This document shows positions 10,940 through 25,276 of a stretch of 64,000 nt of DNA, piece by piece. The notes under the pieces were generated by a model. The model was not told the origin of the DNA and ran no database searches. It saw nothing but the letters and a program-made list of their open reading frames with translations. The DNA comes from Antechinus flavipes (Eukaryota). The position numbers and the translations under genes were made by a program. The stretch's first letter is position 1, and each line of letters begins with the position of its first letter. The stretch spans positions 589,186,001 to 589,250,000 of the forward strand of contig NC_067399.1 of assembly GCF_016432865.1 (NCBI RefSeq). The letters run 5' to 3'.

Positions 10940-13900
10940 GCTTCTCCTTAATTTACAGATGAGTAAACTAAGGCTCAGATGACTTATAGAGTAATAGGGT
11001 TTTAGAGTTAGGAGGATGATAAGATCATGTTTATAGCTGAAAGAAAACTTAGAGACAATCTAGTTCAACCTCTTCATTTTACAGAAGAGGAAACTGAAGT
11101 CCAGAGAAATGAAATGACTGGGCCCAATCACACAGATATAGTAAATGACAGAGCTGGGAGGAAGTATACACATAAACACACATATAAATATGTCTATGTG
11201 TATAGAAAGAAATAGTTGTTGTTGCTGTTTTGGGGCACTCCTTTCTTTTTCTTTAAAATTATTTAATATTTTATTTTTCCTCAGTTACATGCAAAAACAA
11301 TTTTTAACATTTGTTTTTATAATTTTGAGTGAGGAAGTATGTGTCATAGGATCATAGAATGTTAGAGCTTCAAGAGCTCTTAAAACTTATCTAACACAAT
11401 GCACTTATTTTTACAAACATGGAAACTGTGGCCCAGAAAAGTAAAGGGACTTGCCAAAACCAATACCAATAGCAAGGGACAGAGCCAGGGCTAGAATCTC
11501 TCGAATAAATGCTTTTTCCACTATATCATGCTGCCTAGTTAATTTATTCAGTAGCTGACAGAATGTTCAATAATTTTGTTGAATACAATTAGGAGTTACA
11601 TTGACTAGTGGAAGCAGGGCAATTCATAACTTGTTAAGGGGAAGAGAGGGAGGGGAAAATGATCACACTGTTGAAAAGGATTTGGGAGGAGGACTTTGAA
11701 AATCTATTTGTCTACAGAATTTGCACAAACTGATTCTGTGTAAGCTTGGGAAGTTTAAATTACCTATGTGTGTTTCTTCATCTTTGTTAATTTATTTGGC
11801 CTCAGAAGTGTGAGTATATGTTTGCAGGAGGAAAAAGGTTGGAACGATGGAGAAGAATAAAAAATAAGAATGTAGTTCAGGAGCAAAATACTTTCTGGTT
11901 ATTTAGATCAAATGGGAAATTGATATTATGGAAATAAATCAGAACTGGGAATCAGAAAAAACTTAATTCTAGTCTCTGCTCTGGTACTAACCATGGGATC
12001 CTTGACAAATAGGCTCATAGATTCAGAGCTGAGAAGGACTACTGAACTCCTCTATTCCAAACCCTCCATTTTATAGATTTAGACAGGGAACCTAGAGCCA
12101 CAGAGGTAGCAAAGGACAGACCCTGGATGATATCAAAGACTTAGATTTATATAAGGCTTTATTGACATTCACACATTTGATCTTTTTGTGAGGTATGTGC
12201 TATTATTATCTCTATTTTATAAATGAAGAAACAGGCTGAGGGAAATTAAGAAATTTTTCCATGATTCTATAAATATCAAGTGTTGAAAATTACGGTTAGA
12301 ATACAGGTCTTCCTAACTCCACGTTTGGTTTATACTATCCCATCCACTATGCTAAGTTTTCTCTTCTAGTTACTTTCTCAAGGTCTCAGTTTATTAATCT
12401 GTGAAACGAGAGTCTAAACTAGATAATCACCAGGATAACTTCCTGAAATTCTAATTCTACAATAAACCAACAAGCAAAACACCTAATGTGCCAAGTACTA
12501 TGCTAACAATGGGAGTACTAAGACAAAAATATTACATAGGACAAATAAATTGCTTTTGGTGAGTTGAAAAAAAATTTCTGCAGGAGGGGAGATTCAGTGG
12601 GAGTTAGAAGGAAAATAAATTATTTAGAGCTAGAATTTAAGAAGCAGTTTTAACAAAAAGTCTTGTGTAGTACTTACCCTATTACACTAAATCAGAGAAA
12701 CATCTAGAGAAAGAAAGAAGGGAAAAAAGAGCCCTGACCAAGAGGTTTGAGCCTGACACCCCAATGTCATTGTGTTCAAAGTCTCCAGAACCCATAGTAA
12801 AATAGGTTTTTGAGGGAGGGGGGGAGCTGTTCCATGTTTAAGTAGGAAGGGTTTTTTTTTTTTTTTTTTTTGGTACTTCTGCACTAGGATGAAATAGTAA
12901 TTTAAACATATTGTATAAAATTTGAAAATCTTATCCTTGGTGTTTATTGTTCACTGGAGTCTCCTGAGTCTTTAATATATGACTTTGAGTTATCATAAAT
13001 ATATATATGCCATAGTGATCAAAAAATCTTTGACTTTAAAAATATACTCATCTATACTAAAAAGGATCCCTTATAATTCATGCCCCAGGAAGCTTGCTTC
13101 TTCCTTGTGTTAACTCTGACTTGGAATCAGAAATACCCGGGATCAAATTATCTCAGATACTGACTTATTAGTTACATAATCCTGGGAAAGTCACAACCTC
13201 TATGATTTGTTTTCCTCATCTATAAAATGAAAGGAGTCAACTAGATGTCCTCTATGGTCCTTTCCAGCTCTAAATCTATGTACTTATGATCTTATGAGCT
13301 AAATTAGAACACTGGGCCTTTATTTCAGTCCATGATAACTATAGAATAAGTAGCAAGGACACTAGGTAGGCCATCACACTTCAGTCTCAGTTCTGCTGCT
13401 AATTCATAGTATGACCTAAGGAAAATCAATTTCTTTTTTAGGATATTAATTTCATCTCAGTGAAATAAGTAGATACTTGATGACCTAAAAGATCCTCTCT
13501 ATCTCTTAAATTCTAGGATTCTATGTTTCACACATTTCTTGGATAGAGGGCAGAAGACAGGAAGTATAGAGAGAAACAAACCTTTTTTTATTGAAAGAGC
13601 TTGGCCAGGAAACTCTTTAAAGCATTAGGAGACATCTGTACTCCACTCAACTTTCTCTTTCCTGGCTTGTCTCTATCTGGCACAAGAAGGCTGTAGGTAT
13701 TTGCTTTGGAAAGGATCTTTTTGTATCATTTGGATTTGGATTACAAGGTTATTTATCTCCAGGTAATGAAACGTGTACTTTTTGTAATTTTTGACTCTAG
13801 AAAGGAATCTAGAAATAGGATATCTGTATGGGTTTTGAAGTTCTGTCTCTATAGGGAAGATAGATTGTGAAGGCAAATTAGGCCATCTTTCACTTCCATT

Positions 13901-14860
13901 CTTATCTAGTCCAGTTACTGATGGGGCTCTTCAGATGAACTGAGACCAGGAAAAAAACCTAGCTAAAAATGTCCAAGGTCTCCTACTGCATCTTGGACCT
14001 TCACCAGTCATTCTGAGCAATGTCTTGCCACTGGACTCTGATGGCTCTGTAGGAGGGGGTGAGGCTGAGGACTCTGAAAAGTTCTGGCTCACTGGCCCAT
14101 TTCAAGAACTAAGTATGAACAACAAAAACAAGATTCCCAAGAGTTCAAGATCTCCAGCTTCAAACTTAGAGTCTTTTGCTTCATCCTCTTCTATGATCAG
14201 GAGTGGAACATATACTTAATTTTTTTTTTTTTTTTTTTTTTTGCTTTAGTTTCATTTATCTCATTAGGTTCATTTCCATGCATTCAACTTTTACATATTT
14301 ACGGAGTTAGTACTTATTACATACTCTGTGCTAACATGAAAGTGGTATACAAAAAAAGATAAAACCTCATTCCTGACCTCAAGGAATTTTCTAATTCATT
14401 TATTTCTTAGCTAGTCTTTCTATACTCATTTATTCAATATTAATTTTATATAATGATTTAAATTGAATGCTCAGGAAATTAGGAAATTGTGGATTTTGCT
14501 ACTTAGAAGCATACAAACTAGTACTAAGTGGAAAGAGAAGACACACATGGTAAAACACAATGGAAAATTGAATATGTATATATGTGATTAATCTGAAGTG
14601 TTCTTAGATCTGGGCATAATAATAATACTTTGCATATAAAAACTATAGTAAATTAAAATTTGTAAAGCACTATCTAAATACTATCTCATTTTTATCTTTA
14701 TAATAACCCTTAGAGATAGGTGCTATTATTATTCTGATTTTGAAGATTGAAAATTGAGGAATTTAGAAATTAAATGACTTGCTCAGTCACACAGATAGTA
14801 AGGGACTGAGTCTGGATTTCAACTCAGATTTTTCTGTTTTTAGGTCTAGCATTCTAATTC
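10940..14860. mobile_element. Dense cluster of CORE-SINE/MIR/MIR3 and L2 fragments just downstream of ADRA2A, including a probable marsupial RTE-related fragment near 13900-14090
   Basis: Repeated CORE motifs (acagatgagtaaactaagg 10955, acagaagaggaaactga 11081, tcctcatctataaaatga 13213, gaaaattgagg 14749). Individual boundaries were not resolved. Confidence 0.7.
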
Positions 14861-14909
14861 CCATACTACATTCTGCATTTATTTGAGGCTTTAAGGTTTA
14901 CAAAACTCT

Positions 14910-17900
14910 CCTTTTAAAAAATATTTATTTCTGACATTTGTTTCTTTTTCAATTTTGCGTTAAAAATTATGTCCTTGTCACCCATTCCCTACCCATTGAG
15001 AAGGCAAAGTGGTTTTAATTATATATGTGAAATCATGCAACCATATTTCTATTGTCATATCTTCAAAAAAAAAAAAAACAACACAAAAAACAGAGAAAGC
15101 AAGAAAATTACACTTTAATTTGCACTCAGAGTCCCTTGGTTTTTTCTCTGAATGTAGATGTCATTTTTCCTTCTTGAGTCCTTTGGAATTATAATGGATT
15201 ATTTTATTGATCAGAGTAGCCAAGTCTTTTACAATTTCATAGTTTCATCATTACAACAACATTGTTATTACTATGCACAAGGATTTTCTGCTTCACATTT
15301 CACTTGTATCAATTTATGTAGGTCTTCCCATAATTTTTCTGAAATCACCTCCCTCACCATTTTTTATAGCACAATTATTTTCTATCACAATTACATACCA
15401 CAACTTGTTGCCATTCCCAAGTTAGAACTCTCAATTTCCAATTCTTTACCATCACAAAAAAAGAGTTTCTATAAATATTTTTGTACATATAAGTCCCTTT
15501 TCTTTTTCTTTGATTTTTTTGAGGAACTTAACTGGTAGAGTTATTGCTGGGTCAAAGGGTATGTACAATTTTATGATTCTTTGGTATAGTTCCAAATTGT
15601 TTTACAGAATGATTGAACTAGTTCATAGTTCCACCAAGTTCCATTAGTATATATATTTTCCCTTACAGCTTCTAGTTCTTGTCATTTCTAACAAGTATAA
15701 GGTGGTACCCAGAATTGTTTTAATTTATACTTCTCTAATCAATTGTGATTTAGAGCAGTTTTTCATATGACTGTGGATAATTTTTGTTTCCTTTTTTTTT
15801 TTCTGAAAACAGCATTTATCAATTAGGAAATGACTCTTATTTTTTATAAATTTGATCAGTTCCCTATATATTTGAGAAATTAGAACTTTATCAGAGAAAC
15901 TTGTCATAACATTTTTGATATTATTTCATTATCTATAATATGTTTAGCAAATTGTAATTTCTCTGTTTATCACTTTTAATTAGGTTTATTTTTGTTTTTG
16001 CTTTGTCTGAGACTATGACTGTTGTCCCTGACTTTTTCAATTCAGCTGGAGCTTAATAGATCCTTTTTTGCCTCCTTATTTTAACTCTGTGTTTCTTCAG
16101 TTTCAAGTGTTTCTCTTGTAAATGATATTATCATTAGATTGTGGTTTCTCATCCATTCTTCTATTTGCTACTGTTTTGTGGGTGAGTTCATTCCATTTAC
16201 AGGCATAGTTATAATTACTGTATATTTCTCTCATCTTATTTTCTTAAGTTTTTCCTTGTCCCTTCTCAAAGCTCTGTATTGCTTCTGGCCATTACCTCCC
16301 TTAATCTGCTCTCCCTTTTATCACCTCTCTCATTTCTCTTTCTCTACTATTTTCCTATTGAGTCAGATAGNNNNNNNNNNNNNNNNNNNNNNNNNNNNNN
16401 NNNNNNNNNNNNNNNNNNNNNNNNNNNNNNNNNNNNNNNNNNNNNNNNNNNNNNNNNNNNNNNNNNNNNNNNNNNNNNNNNNNNNNNNNNNNNNNNNNGA
16501 TGACAGTGAAGTTCAAGCATTGCCATCTCCCCACTTCCTTTTCCATTGTAAACATTTTTCCTTGAATGCCTTTTTTATGTCAGAAAAATTTTGTCATTCT
16601 ACCTCTTCCTTCTTTTTACCCCTTGTGCATCCCTCTTACTCACTTTTTCATTTTTTGGAGATAATCCCAACATAATAAACTTATATTTGGTCTAAGTAGA
16701 CTCTTTCTAACTGTTTTAATAATGATAAAGTTTTTAGGAATTATAAGCCTTATCTTCCATATAGAAATGCAAATAATTTAAACATCCTAAGTCACTTATG
16801 ATTTCTCTTTTATGTTACCTTTGTATGCTTCTTTTGAGTCTTGTATTTGCAAGTCAAAATTTCTATTTAGATCTGTTTTTTTTAATCAGGAATGCTTGAA
16901 AATCCACTATTTCATTAAATGTCCATTGCCTCATAAAGATTATATTCAGTTTTGATAGATCTTTCTTGGTTGAAATATCACATTTCAAGTTCCATGTTTC
17001 CTTAACATGGAAGCTCCTAAATTTTGTGTTATCCTGACTGTGGCTCAATGATATTAATATTATTTTTTTCTGGATGCTTGCAATATTTTCTTCTTGATCT
17101 GGGAGCTCTGGAATTTAGCTATGCCATTCCTGGGAGTATTCATTTTGGGATCTCTTTCAAGAAGTGATCAGTAGCTTCTTTTAATTTTTTTTTTTTGCTC
17201 TTTTGCTGGTAGAAGATCAAGGCAGTTTTCCTTGATTTTTTGAAATATCATCTCTAGGTCAGTTTTTTAAAATTTATAAATTATGGCTTTCAGGTTGTCT
17301 AATAATTATTAAATTATCTCACCTTAATCTGTTTTTAGATGAGTTGTTTTTCTGAAGAGTTATTTCATATTTTCTTCTATTTTTTTCATTCTTTTATCTT
17401 TGTTTTATTGTTTCTTGATGTCTCATGGAATCATTAGATTTTACTTTTTCAATTCTAATTTTTAAAGAATTGTTTCTGTCAGTGAGTTTTTATATCTATT
17501 TTCTCATTTTGGCATTCTACTTTTAAGGACTTCCTTTTTTCAGTGAATTTTTGTGTTTCTTTTACCATTAGCCCAATTCTGTCTTTTAAAATATTATTTT
17601 CTTCAGGACTTTTGTGCCTCTTATACCAAGCTGTTAATTTTCTTTTCATAATTTTCTCTCAGCTTTCTAATTTATTTTTCCAATTTTTCCTCTTCCACTC
17701 TTATTTCTTTAACTCTTCTAGGAATTTTTGTTGGGCTTGGGTCCAATTAGCATTGTTCTTTGAGGCTTCACTTGTAGTTAATTTCATGTTGTGTCTTCTG
17801 AATTTGTTAATCTTCTCTGGTACCATAGTAACTTTTTATGACCAAGTTATTTTGTTGTTGTTGTTATGGGGTGTCACTGTCCCATGCTTCAAGCTTTTTC

Positions 17901-18617
17901 TGTGCCTCTGTTTTCACAGCTTTTTCTGGGAATCTGTAAGTTTTCAGTACTTCCAAGGTAATGTGATCTGTGGAGAGGTGTGGTCCTTGCTTTCTTGATC
18001 TGTGTTCTGGTTTTTACCAGTGAAAGACCTCTGCTTCTCAGTAGATGAAAGCACTGGCACTCTTCTTGACTCTGGAGCTATGACATGGTTCCCTGATGTA
18101 TTGTATATGCAAGTGTCAGTGCTTTTCTCTCCCTTGGAATTACTATCAGGACCTTTGATCCTTTGTGATTGATCCCAAGTGCTCCTCTGTGTCCTGGAAC
18201 TGTGATCCAGAACTGCTTATGGGCAGTATAGTTGTCAATCAGTATAAGCCTATAATGTCTTTCTGACCACTTGTTCAACTTACTCTCCCACCCTGCCTTA
18301 TTATCTCTATCCAGAGAATCCCTGAAATTGTTGATGCTGCTGTCCAGTCTTCATGTACTCTGCTAGTACTGTTACTGCTTAATGCATGCTCCAGATTGGC
18401 TTCCATCTGCATGTCACAGACAGACCTTTCCTGTTGACTTCTTAAATTGTCTTAGACTTGTTAAATGTCTCATCATGATCTTTTTTTTTAAATCTCTGTC
18501 ACTCCAAAATTAAATTTGAGTCGTTATTTTAAAATTGTTTGGAGGTGAATGTTGAAAAAATTCAGCTGCCTGTTCAGAGTTGCTGCTTGTACTCTGCTAT
18601 ATTGGCTCTGTCCTTCC
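14910..18617 (-). mobile_element. Old L1 with both ends preserved but ~2.8 kb of ORF2 deleted, inserted into a CORE-SINE
   Basis: Order along the + strand: 3' end at 14910; ORF2 C-terminal remnant to ~15910; jump to endonuclease-domain sequence ~15915-16230; ORF1 remnant ~16850-17800; 5' end reading ggaaggacagagccaatatagc on the minus strand at 18617. Flanking near-duplicate ACAAAACTCT (14900-14909) / ACAAAATTCT (18618-18627). The split SINE joins across the insertion. Confidence 0.75.
16371..16498. other. Assembly gap (128 N)
   Basis: Direct read. Confidence 1.
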
Positions 18618-19696
18618 ACAAAATTCTTTACAGATGTTATCTCATTTGATCCCCTCCCCTCCCCACAAACTCTAAAAATGAAAAACAAAAACAAAAACAA
18701 AAAATTAAGGAAAAATATCACTTATAGCTAGGAGATAAGTGGGTTGTAGGGTAAGATCATGGAAGATTTCATGGAAGAGGTGGTGTTTGAGATGGAGCTC
18801 AAAAGATAAGTAGGATGTAAACAGGTTAAAATGAGAATATGAGAGAAGATCTAGAAAATAGCATGAAATTACAGAGGGTACTTTTGGTAAAACACAATTC
18901 TGCCTAAGTATTTGTAATGAGAGTAATATAAGATAAGGTTGGAATTTTAGGGTGAGGAAACACAAAGAAATGAAATGGAAAAAATCACAATAACAAACTA
19001 ATGAATCAACAAAAATATTTATTAAACAGACATGCCAGCAGCACAATAAGTATTACAAGGTAATAAATGATAAATACCAAAAGAATCTATGGAACCCATT
19101 TAGTTCTGGAAAAAAATCATAAGAGGGAAAAATTCATTGGCCTGGAGCATAGTTAGGGGAGACTTCATGGAGAATCTAGACCTTCCCCTATGTCCTGATG
19201 GACAAGAATGATCTGCATCAAGATAGAGTTTAAGAAGAAAGGATGGCATGAGTAAATAAAACTGAGGTAGAAAGAATGACTGGATGACTTGAATGGTTCT
19301 ACCAGATTTGGTTTTTCTAACCCTGGAAAAGTCATTTTATTTCACTAAATCTTTTCTTTGTAAAATTAAGGGGTAATGCCTACCCCAGCTATCTTACTGG
19401 CTTATTGTGATGATCTGATGCTTAACGGATAGGAAAATGCTTGGCAAATTGTATGAGTATGAAAAGTTATTATTACTAACCTGAGTTTATTTTCGTTCAC
19501 AAAATTGCTCTTCAGTCTTTGCCATTGTAGGTGATAGTCCCCCTTCCCCTTCACCCCCTCCTCCAAATGGAATGGAAGTTGGGTTAGAAATAACATTACC
19601 ATGTACATAATCATGACTAAAGGAGACCCAAGAGAAATGAAACATTTTTTTTTCCCTTTAAAGGTTTCCTAGAATTAATTGAAATAAGAACTAGGG

Positions 19697-22200
19697 CAAA
19701 TCAATAAACCTTTGTGAAATATCTACTATAGACCAACCATTGTGCTAATTGCTGGAGATACAAAAATGATGAAAAATGGTCACTGCCTAAAAGGGGAGAA
19801 AGAAGACAACATACAAAGTACTATGATATATCAATCAGTCAGTTAGCATTTTTAAAGCATTTACTATGGGGTCAGATACTATATTAAGCACTGGGAATAC
19901 AAAGAAAGACAACCCTCTGCCCAATACTCTTTATTCTCAAGTTGCTCATCATGTAATGAGGTGGCAACATGCAGCCAAAACAAAATATATTGGGTAAGTT
20001 GCAGGTAATCTCAAAGGGAAGGTAGTAAGTTAAAGTGGACTGGAAAAGCCTTTTTGCCTAAGATGTGATTTTAGTTGAGACTTGAAGGCAGGCAAGTCAG
20101 AAGGTAGAGACAAATGGGGAGAACATAACAAACCCGAGGAACAGCCAATGAAAATGCTCAGAATTGTGAGATAGTCTATTGAAGCACATGGAGGTCAATG
20201 TCACTAGATTTAAGAAAACATGAAAAATAAGGTGTAAAAAACCTAAAAAGGTGAAAGAGGGCTAGAAAATAAAGATTCTAAAAGCCAAATAAATGATTTT
20301 AGATTTGATCCTGGAGGACATAGGGAATTCCTGGAGTTTATTGAATGGGATGGGGTGAGAGATGGTATGCTTTAGGAAGATCAGATTGAGAGGTAAGTCA
20401 AGCATGGATAAAAGTGGAGAGAGAGCTGACGTAGAGAGGCCAACCTGTAAGCTATTGCCATATTCCAGATATGAGGTAATGAATGCCTTCACTAGAGTGA
20501 TGATAGTGTCATAGTGGAGAAGGGGGCATATAAACAATACATAAAGAAGGTAGAAAAGGCAGCACTTGAATATGTGTGAAAAATCATCTGTCAGAATATA
20601 TCAGAACCAGAACCAGAATCAGAAAACTTAGGAACTAATGCTCATTGATGTTTTAGTTCACCAGCAAGAGAACCCCACCCACATAGGCAAACATTTTCCC
20701 AAGGAACGCTAAGACAAAGTTTATATAGGTCTGAATTAGGCAGAAGGTAAATTGGAAGCAGAGCACTTCTGCATTGGACAGGGTTTTGTACTAGGGTTGG
20801 GATTGGGGATAAGATGGGTTGTATACCAAGAAAGGCAATTGTTTGGATTAGCTGTTTCTCATAACCCCCTCTAATAAATAAGCTTTTCTAGGTACTTGCT
20901 GTTTCAGCAGAAACTAAGGCTGCAGATAGGACAGAAGCTGCAGCATAAACAAAGTCAGAGATAAAAAGAGGAACTACAGACAAAATGGAGTTGCTTTCAT
21001 TTTCTCTCCTACCTACAATAACTCATGGGATTGGAAATGTTTGTGACAGAGTGAGGAGTCTAAGATAACACCTAGGTTGTGAGCTTGGGGGACTGGGAGG
21101 AAGTTGGCATCCTTGAAATTAGTAGAGAAGTTAGGAAGAGGGAAGATTTTGGTGGGAAATAAAAGAAGTTCCATTTTTGACTTGCTGATTTTTAAGATTT
21201 CTATGGGAGAATATCCAGTTTAAAATGTGTAATAGCTGGTTGGAGATGTAAAATTAGAGGTCAGGAAAGAGATTAGGCCTGGACAAATAGATCTGAAAAT
21301 CATCTGCAAAGAGGTGATAATTGAATCCATGGTAGTTGATGAGATCATCAAATGAAGTAGTATTGAAAAAAGAAAGGATGCAAACCTGGGAACAAGCCTT
21401 GGACAATTCCTTCTGTTAGTGGGTATGACAAGAATGAAGATTCAGCAAAGGAACAGTAAGATAGATAAGAGGGGAAACAGGAAAGAGAGAGTAGTATGTA
21501 AAAAAAAAAAAACTGAGCAAACTTCCCCCCAAAAAAACTGCCAAGAAAAGAGGATCAAGGAAAAGAGAACTAATAAACAGTTTCAAATAATGCAGAGGCT
21601 GAGAAAGATGAGGACTGAGAAAAGTCCACAGAAATTGGCAATTCAGCAATCATTAGTAATTCTGGAGAGAAGTTTCAGTTGAATGATGCAGTCAGAAATC
21701 AGACTGCAGAGATTACAGAAAAAGAGGAAAGGAAGTGAAGGCACTTATTGTAGATAACCATTTCAAAGAGGTTAGCTACATAATCAAAGAGGGAAATAGA
21801 ATGATAACTATGGAGGTTGGATAGATCCAGTAAAGGTTTTTCAAGGGTGGGGGAAACACTAGCATGTTCATAGACAGTAGAAGTAGACAGTCAATGATGG
21901 AAGATTATGAGAAAGTAGGGGTGACAAAGCGAATAGTTAACTGGAGAAAACAAGATGGAATGGGATCACAAATCTATGTTGAAAGATTGCCTTTGCAAGG
22001 AAGTCTATTTCTTCATGTGAAATAGGACTGAAGGAGGAGATAGAGGCAGAAGATATCTGAGTGATGTGAGACTAGAGGCAGGGAATAGGAGGGACCTTTC
22101 TGTGAATGGCCTTAATTTTTTTTAATGAAATGTGGAACAGTTTATTTTGGTTGAGAAAATGGGTAGAAGAGTAACAAAAAAAATTTGAGGAGGCATGAAA
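19697..22200 (-). mobile_element. Long L2 remnant, interrupted by an LTR-like insert at 20573-21017
   Basis: L2 tails at ~19697 and ~19832; internal L2-like sequence is continuous across the insert (cacttgaata | actcatgggattgg). Confidence 0.7.
20573..21017 (-). mobile_element. Solo LTR-like element (~445 bp)
   Basis: TG...CA ends. The minus strand starts tgtaggtagg...gcaactccattttg (ERV U3-type CCATTTT motif) and has TATATAAA at 20727-20720. It interrupts an L2. The TSD is imperfect (aata/ataa). Confidence 0.55.
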
Positions 22201-22419
22201 TGCTTTGGAAAACCTGCTGTGGTGAGTACAAATCTGAGATTATGTTTAATTATATGGTAATTGTAGATAATCACAGAGGGAAGGCTTAGCATTAAGGAAG
22301 ACTAGGAAAGGCTTCTTCTGGAAAGTGAGATTTAAATGTTGGAATGGATCATCGTATAGTGATTTCCCCAGTGGAGAGTATCCAGGATAGGGAGATGCTT
22401 TGAATTTATTCCATGTGAG

Positions 22420-22710
22420 TATCAGTTGAATGAACAGAAAATTATTTAGGTGAGAGAAGAGTGGACACAAGACAGTTGTCTTCAAGTATTAGAAGGGCTT
22501 TTACATGGAAGAAGGATTATATTTGTTTTGATTGATGCCAGAAGGCAGAACTAGGAATAATGGATATAAGCTGCAAGAGAGTAAATCTAGGATTGATGTA
22601 AAGAATCATTTCATATGATTTGAGCTCTTCAAAGGAGGACTGGATTGCCATGAAGATACTGAATTCCTCTTCAAAGGAGGTCTTCAAGCAGAAATTGGGT
22701 GAACACTATT
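22420..22710 (+). mobile_element. L3/CR1 3' fragment
   Basis: gtcttcaagtattagaagggc...gaaggcagaactagg...aatggatataagctgc...gaggtcttcaagcaga, typical of the CR1 3' end. Confidence 0.7.
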
Positions 22711-25035
22711 TGCATATTGTTAAGGTAATTCTTTCAATTCCATTCAATAAGCATGACTTGAAGATGTAAGTTAGCCCAAAGCAGAAAAAGATCATGACTT
22801 TACAGAACTTACCTCCTACATGGGTAGAAGTAGGAACAACATGTATATTGAAAAAAAATACTAATAATTTGTGGGTGATAAAGAGCTCTAAAATTTGAGC
22901 TCTAAATTCAGGAAAAGCCACAAGAAGGAGATGGAACCTTTCTAGGAAGTGAGAAGAGCGAACCTTCCCAGAATGAGGGAAGTCTGAACAAGAATATAAC
23001 TTTGAGAGATGGTATACTATGCAAAAGGAACAGTGAGTTGGCTAATTTTACTTGAATGTAGAATGTATAAGGGGAAGTATATATTGTTAATTTGAAAAGA
23101 TATTCTTTTTTGGCTATTGGCTGGAGCTGATTCCAAATCCTGCCTCTAATACAAATAAACTATGTAATCATAGGTAAGTTGCTTAACTTCACTCATTCTT
23201 CTAATTTATTTTTTTTCTAACAGCTGAGAGATGATCTGTTTACATACTGATAGTTGTGCAAAAAAGTTCCTTTCCTCTCTGTTAAGATTTAGTTTCAAAT
23301 TTTAGTGAGATAGTGTGGCAGAGAGATAGAAGGCTGGTTTTAGACTTAGGAAAACCTGGGTCTAAATCCTTCCTCTGAAACATACTAATTATATGATATG
23401 AACATTGATCCTTTAATTGTTTTCCAACTTACTGACAAGCTTAAGTGATTTACCTCTGTGGAAGGGAATCCTCACACTAGAAATTCCTTGCACTAGTATG
23501 GGGATTTCATTCCAAAGAGGCAGATCAGCTCAGCTTATCTGTGTCTTGAAGAATCCCTTGATGCAATGAAAAGGCAAATATATATACACACATCTAAACT
23601 ATGTATGTATGTAAGTGTGTGTATGTATGTATGTATACATCTATCTATCATCAGTTTCCATTTTTGTGGTGGCATTTGGCACTTACTTTGTCCAAAAATT
23701 TCTGGATCTCTTCCTGAAAAAAAAAGATTTATATTGTGTCTTTTGAATAGTATTTGGCCTCTCTCATTTCTTGATTCTGAATGAGATTTCCCAAAATGGA
23801 TTTTTGTCATCTTTCTGGTGCCCATTTTCAAACTGCTGAGTAGTTAGATGGAGGAGACCAAAAGAATTCAGAAGTATTTCAATCAGCAAACATTTGTTTT
23901 CTTTACCAGTCATGACAGCTGAGGACAACACTGGTTTAGAATATAAACTTCTTTATAAAATATTTCAGAGAAACATGTCAGAAGGTTATGAATATTATTA
24001 ATTTATAATAATAAAAATAAGCAAGGGGAAGACACATTAAGAAAACTTGTTATAACCCAGTTAAACCCAGACTATTCTTAGGATATTTTAGATGAAACTA
24101 GAAGAATGACAACAAACAGATGTGAAATGGAAAACTTACTCACACATACTACATACTAATTGAGGAAATAGCAGTAGCATTTTAGAAATGAAGTTGAAAA
24201 GATCAACTGAATTTGATCACAGATATTCTCTGTGTGATACATTTAAAAGATTTAAATTTAAATATTAAAAACAATTAAATTTGAAATTGATTTTTAAAAT
24301 ATTCAGAAATCCCTGTTTAAGATATTTCAAAAAGACAAAGAATCCAAATGAATGAAAATTGTCACATATTATATCCTTTTTTTTAAGGGGGGAAACTAAG
24401 ATGACATCAACAACTACTGACATTTACAATCTACTTATGCTTTTTATTTTTCAAAAAAAAGCTTTTTAGAATGGCCTTTGAAAACATTCAGGGCATACTT
24501 GATGAAAACATTAAAAGGGTGTAGACATACATATTTTCTAAGACAATTTTCCTTAACATAATACAGCTTCAAAGTCACATAATTCACTGAGGAGCCCAGA
24601 AAAGATAAGATCCTATTGTGTTTATTACAAATTATTTTTTAAAAGTATTTGATTCAGTAGAACAACAAAAATTTAACTTTCAAGTCTTTTTTTCAAGCAA
24701 GGCATATACATCTTATGTGTCTGTTACAGTCACAAAAGATTCTAGGTTGGATGATATCTGGGCTACATTTTACTTAAATGATCCCACCAAGTACCCAAAC
24801 CAAACAAACCATATATTCCAGGGAAACATGATCATTTAAGATGTCATGGAGGATAGAGTACATGTGTACAGAGAATAAGGCTTATTTGTCCATGACAACA
24901 TTCTCCAAATGTTTTTATAGCCAAATTATATTGTGCTCCTTTGTATAGACTCTTGGTATTAGATATCTATTCATATTTACATTTTGATTTCTCTCTCTGA
25001 CTTAGTCTTCATTTATGCTCCTCTTTCTTCTCCTC

Positions 25036-25276
25036 NNNNNNNNNNNNNNNNNNNNNNNNNNNNNNNNNNNNNNNNNNNNNNNNNNNNNNNNNNNNNNNNN
25101 NNNNNNNNNNNNNNNNNNNNNNNNNNNNNNNNNNNNNNNNNNNNNNNNNNNNNNNNNNNNNNNNNNNNNNNNNNNNNNNNNNNNNNNNNNNNNNNNNNNN
25201 NNNNNNNNNNNNNNNNNNNNNNNNNNNNNNNNNNNNNNNNNNNNNNNNNNNNNNNNNNNNNNNNNNNNNNNNNNNN
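25036..25276. other. Assembly gap (241 N)
   Basis: Direct read. Confidence 1.
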
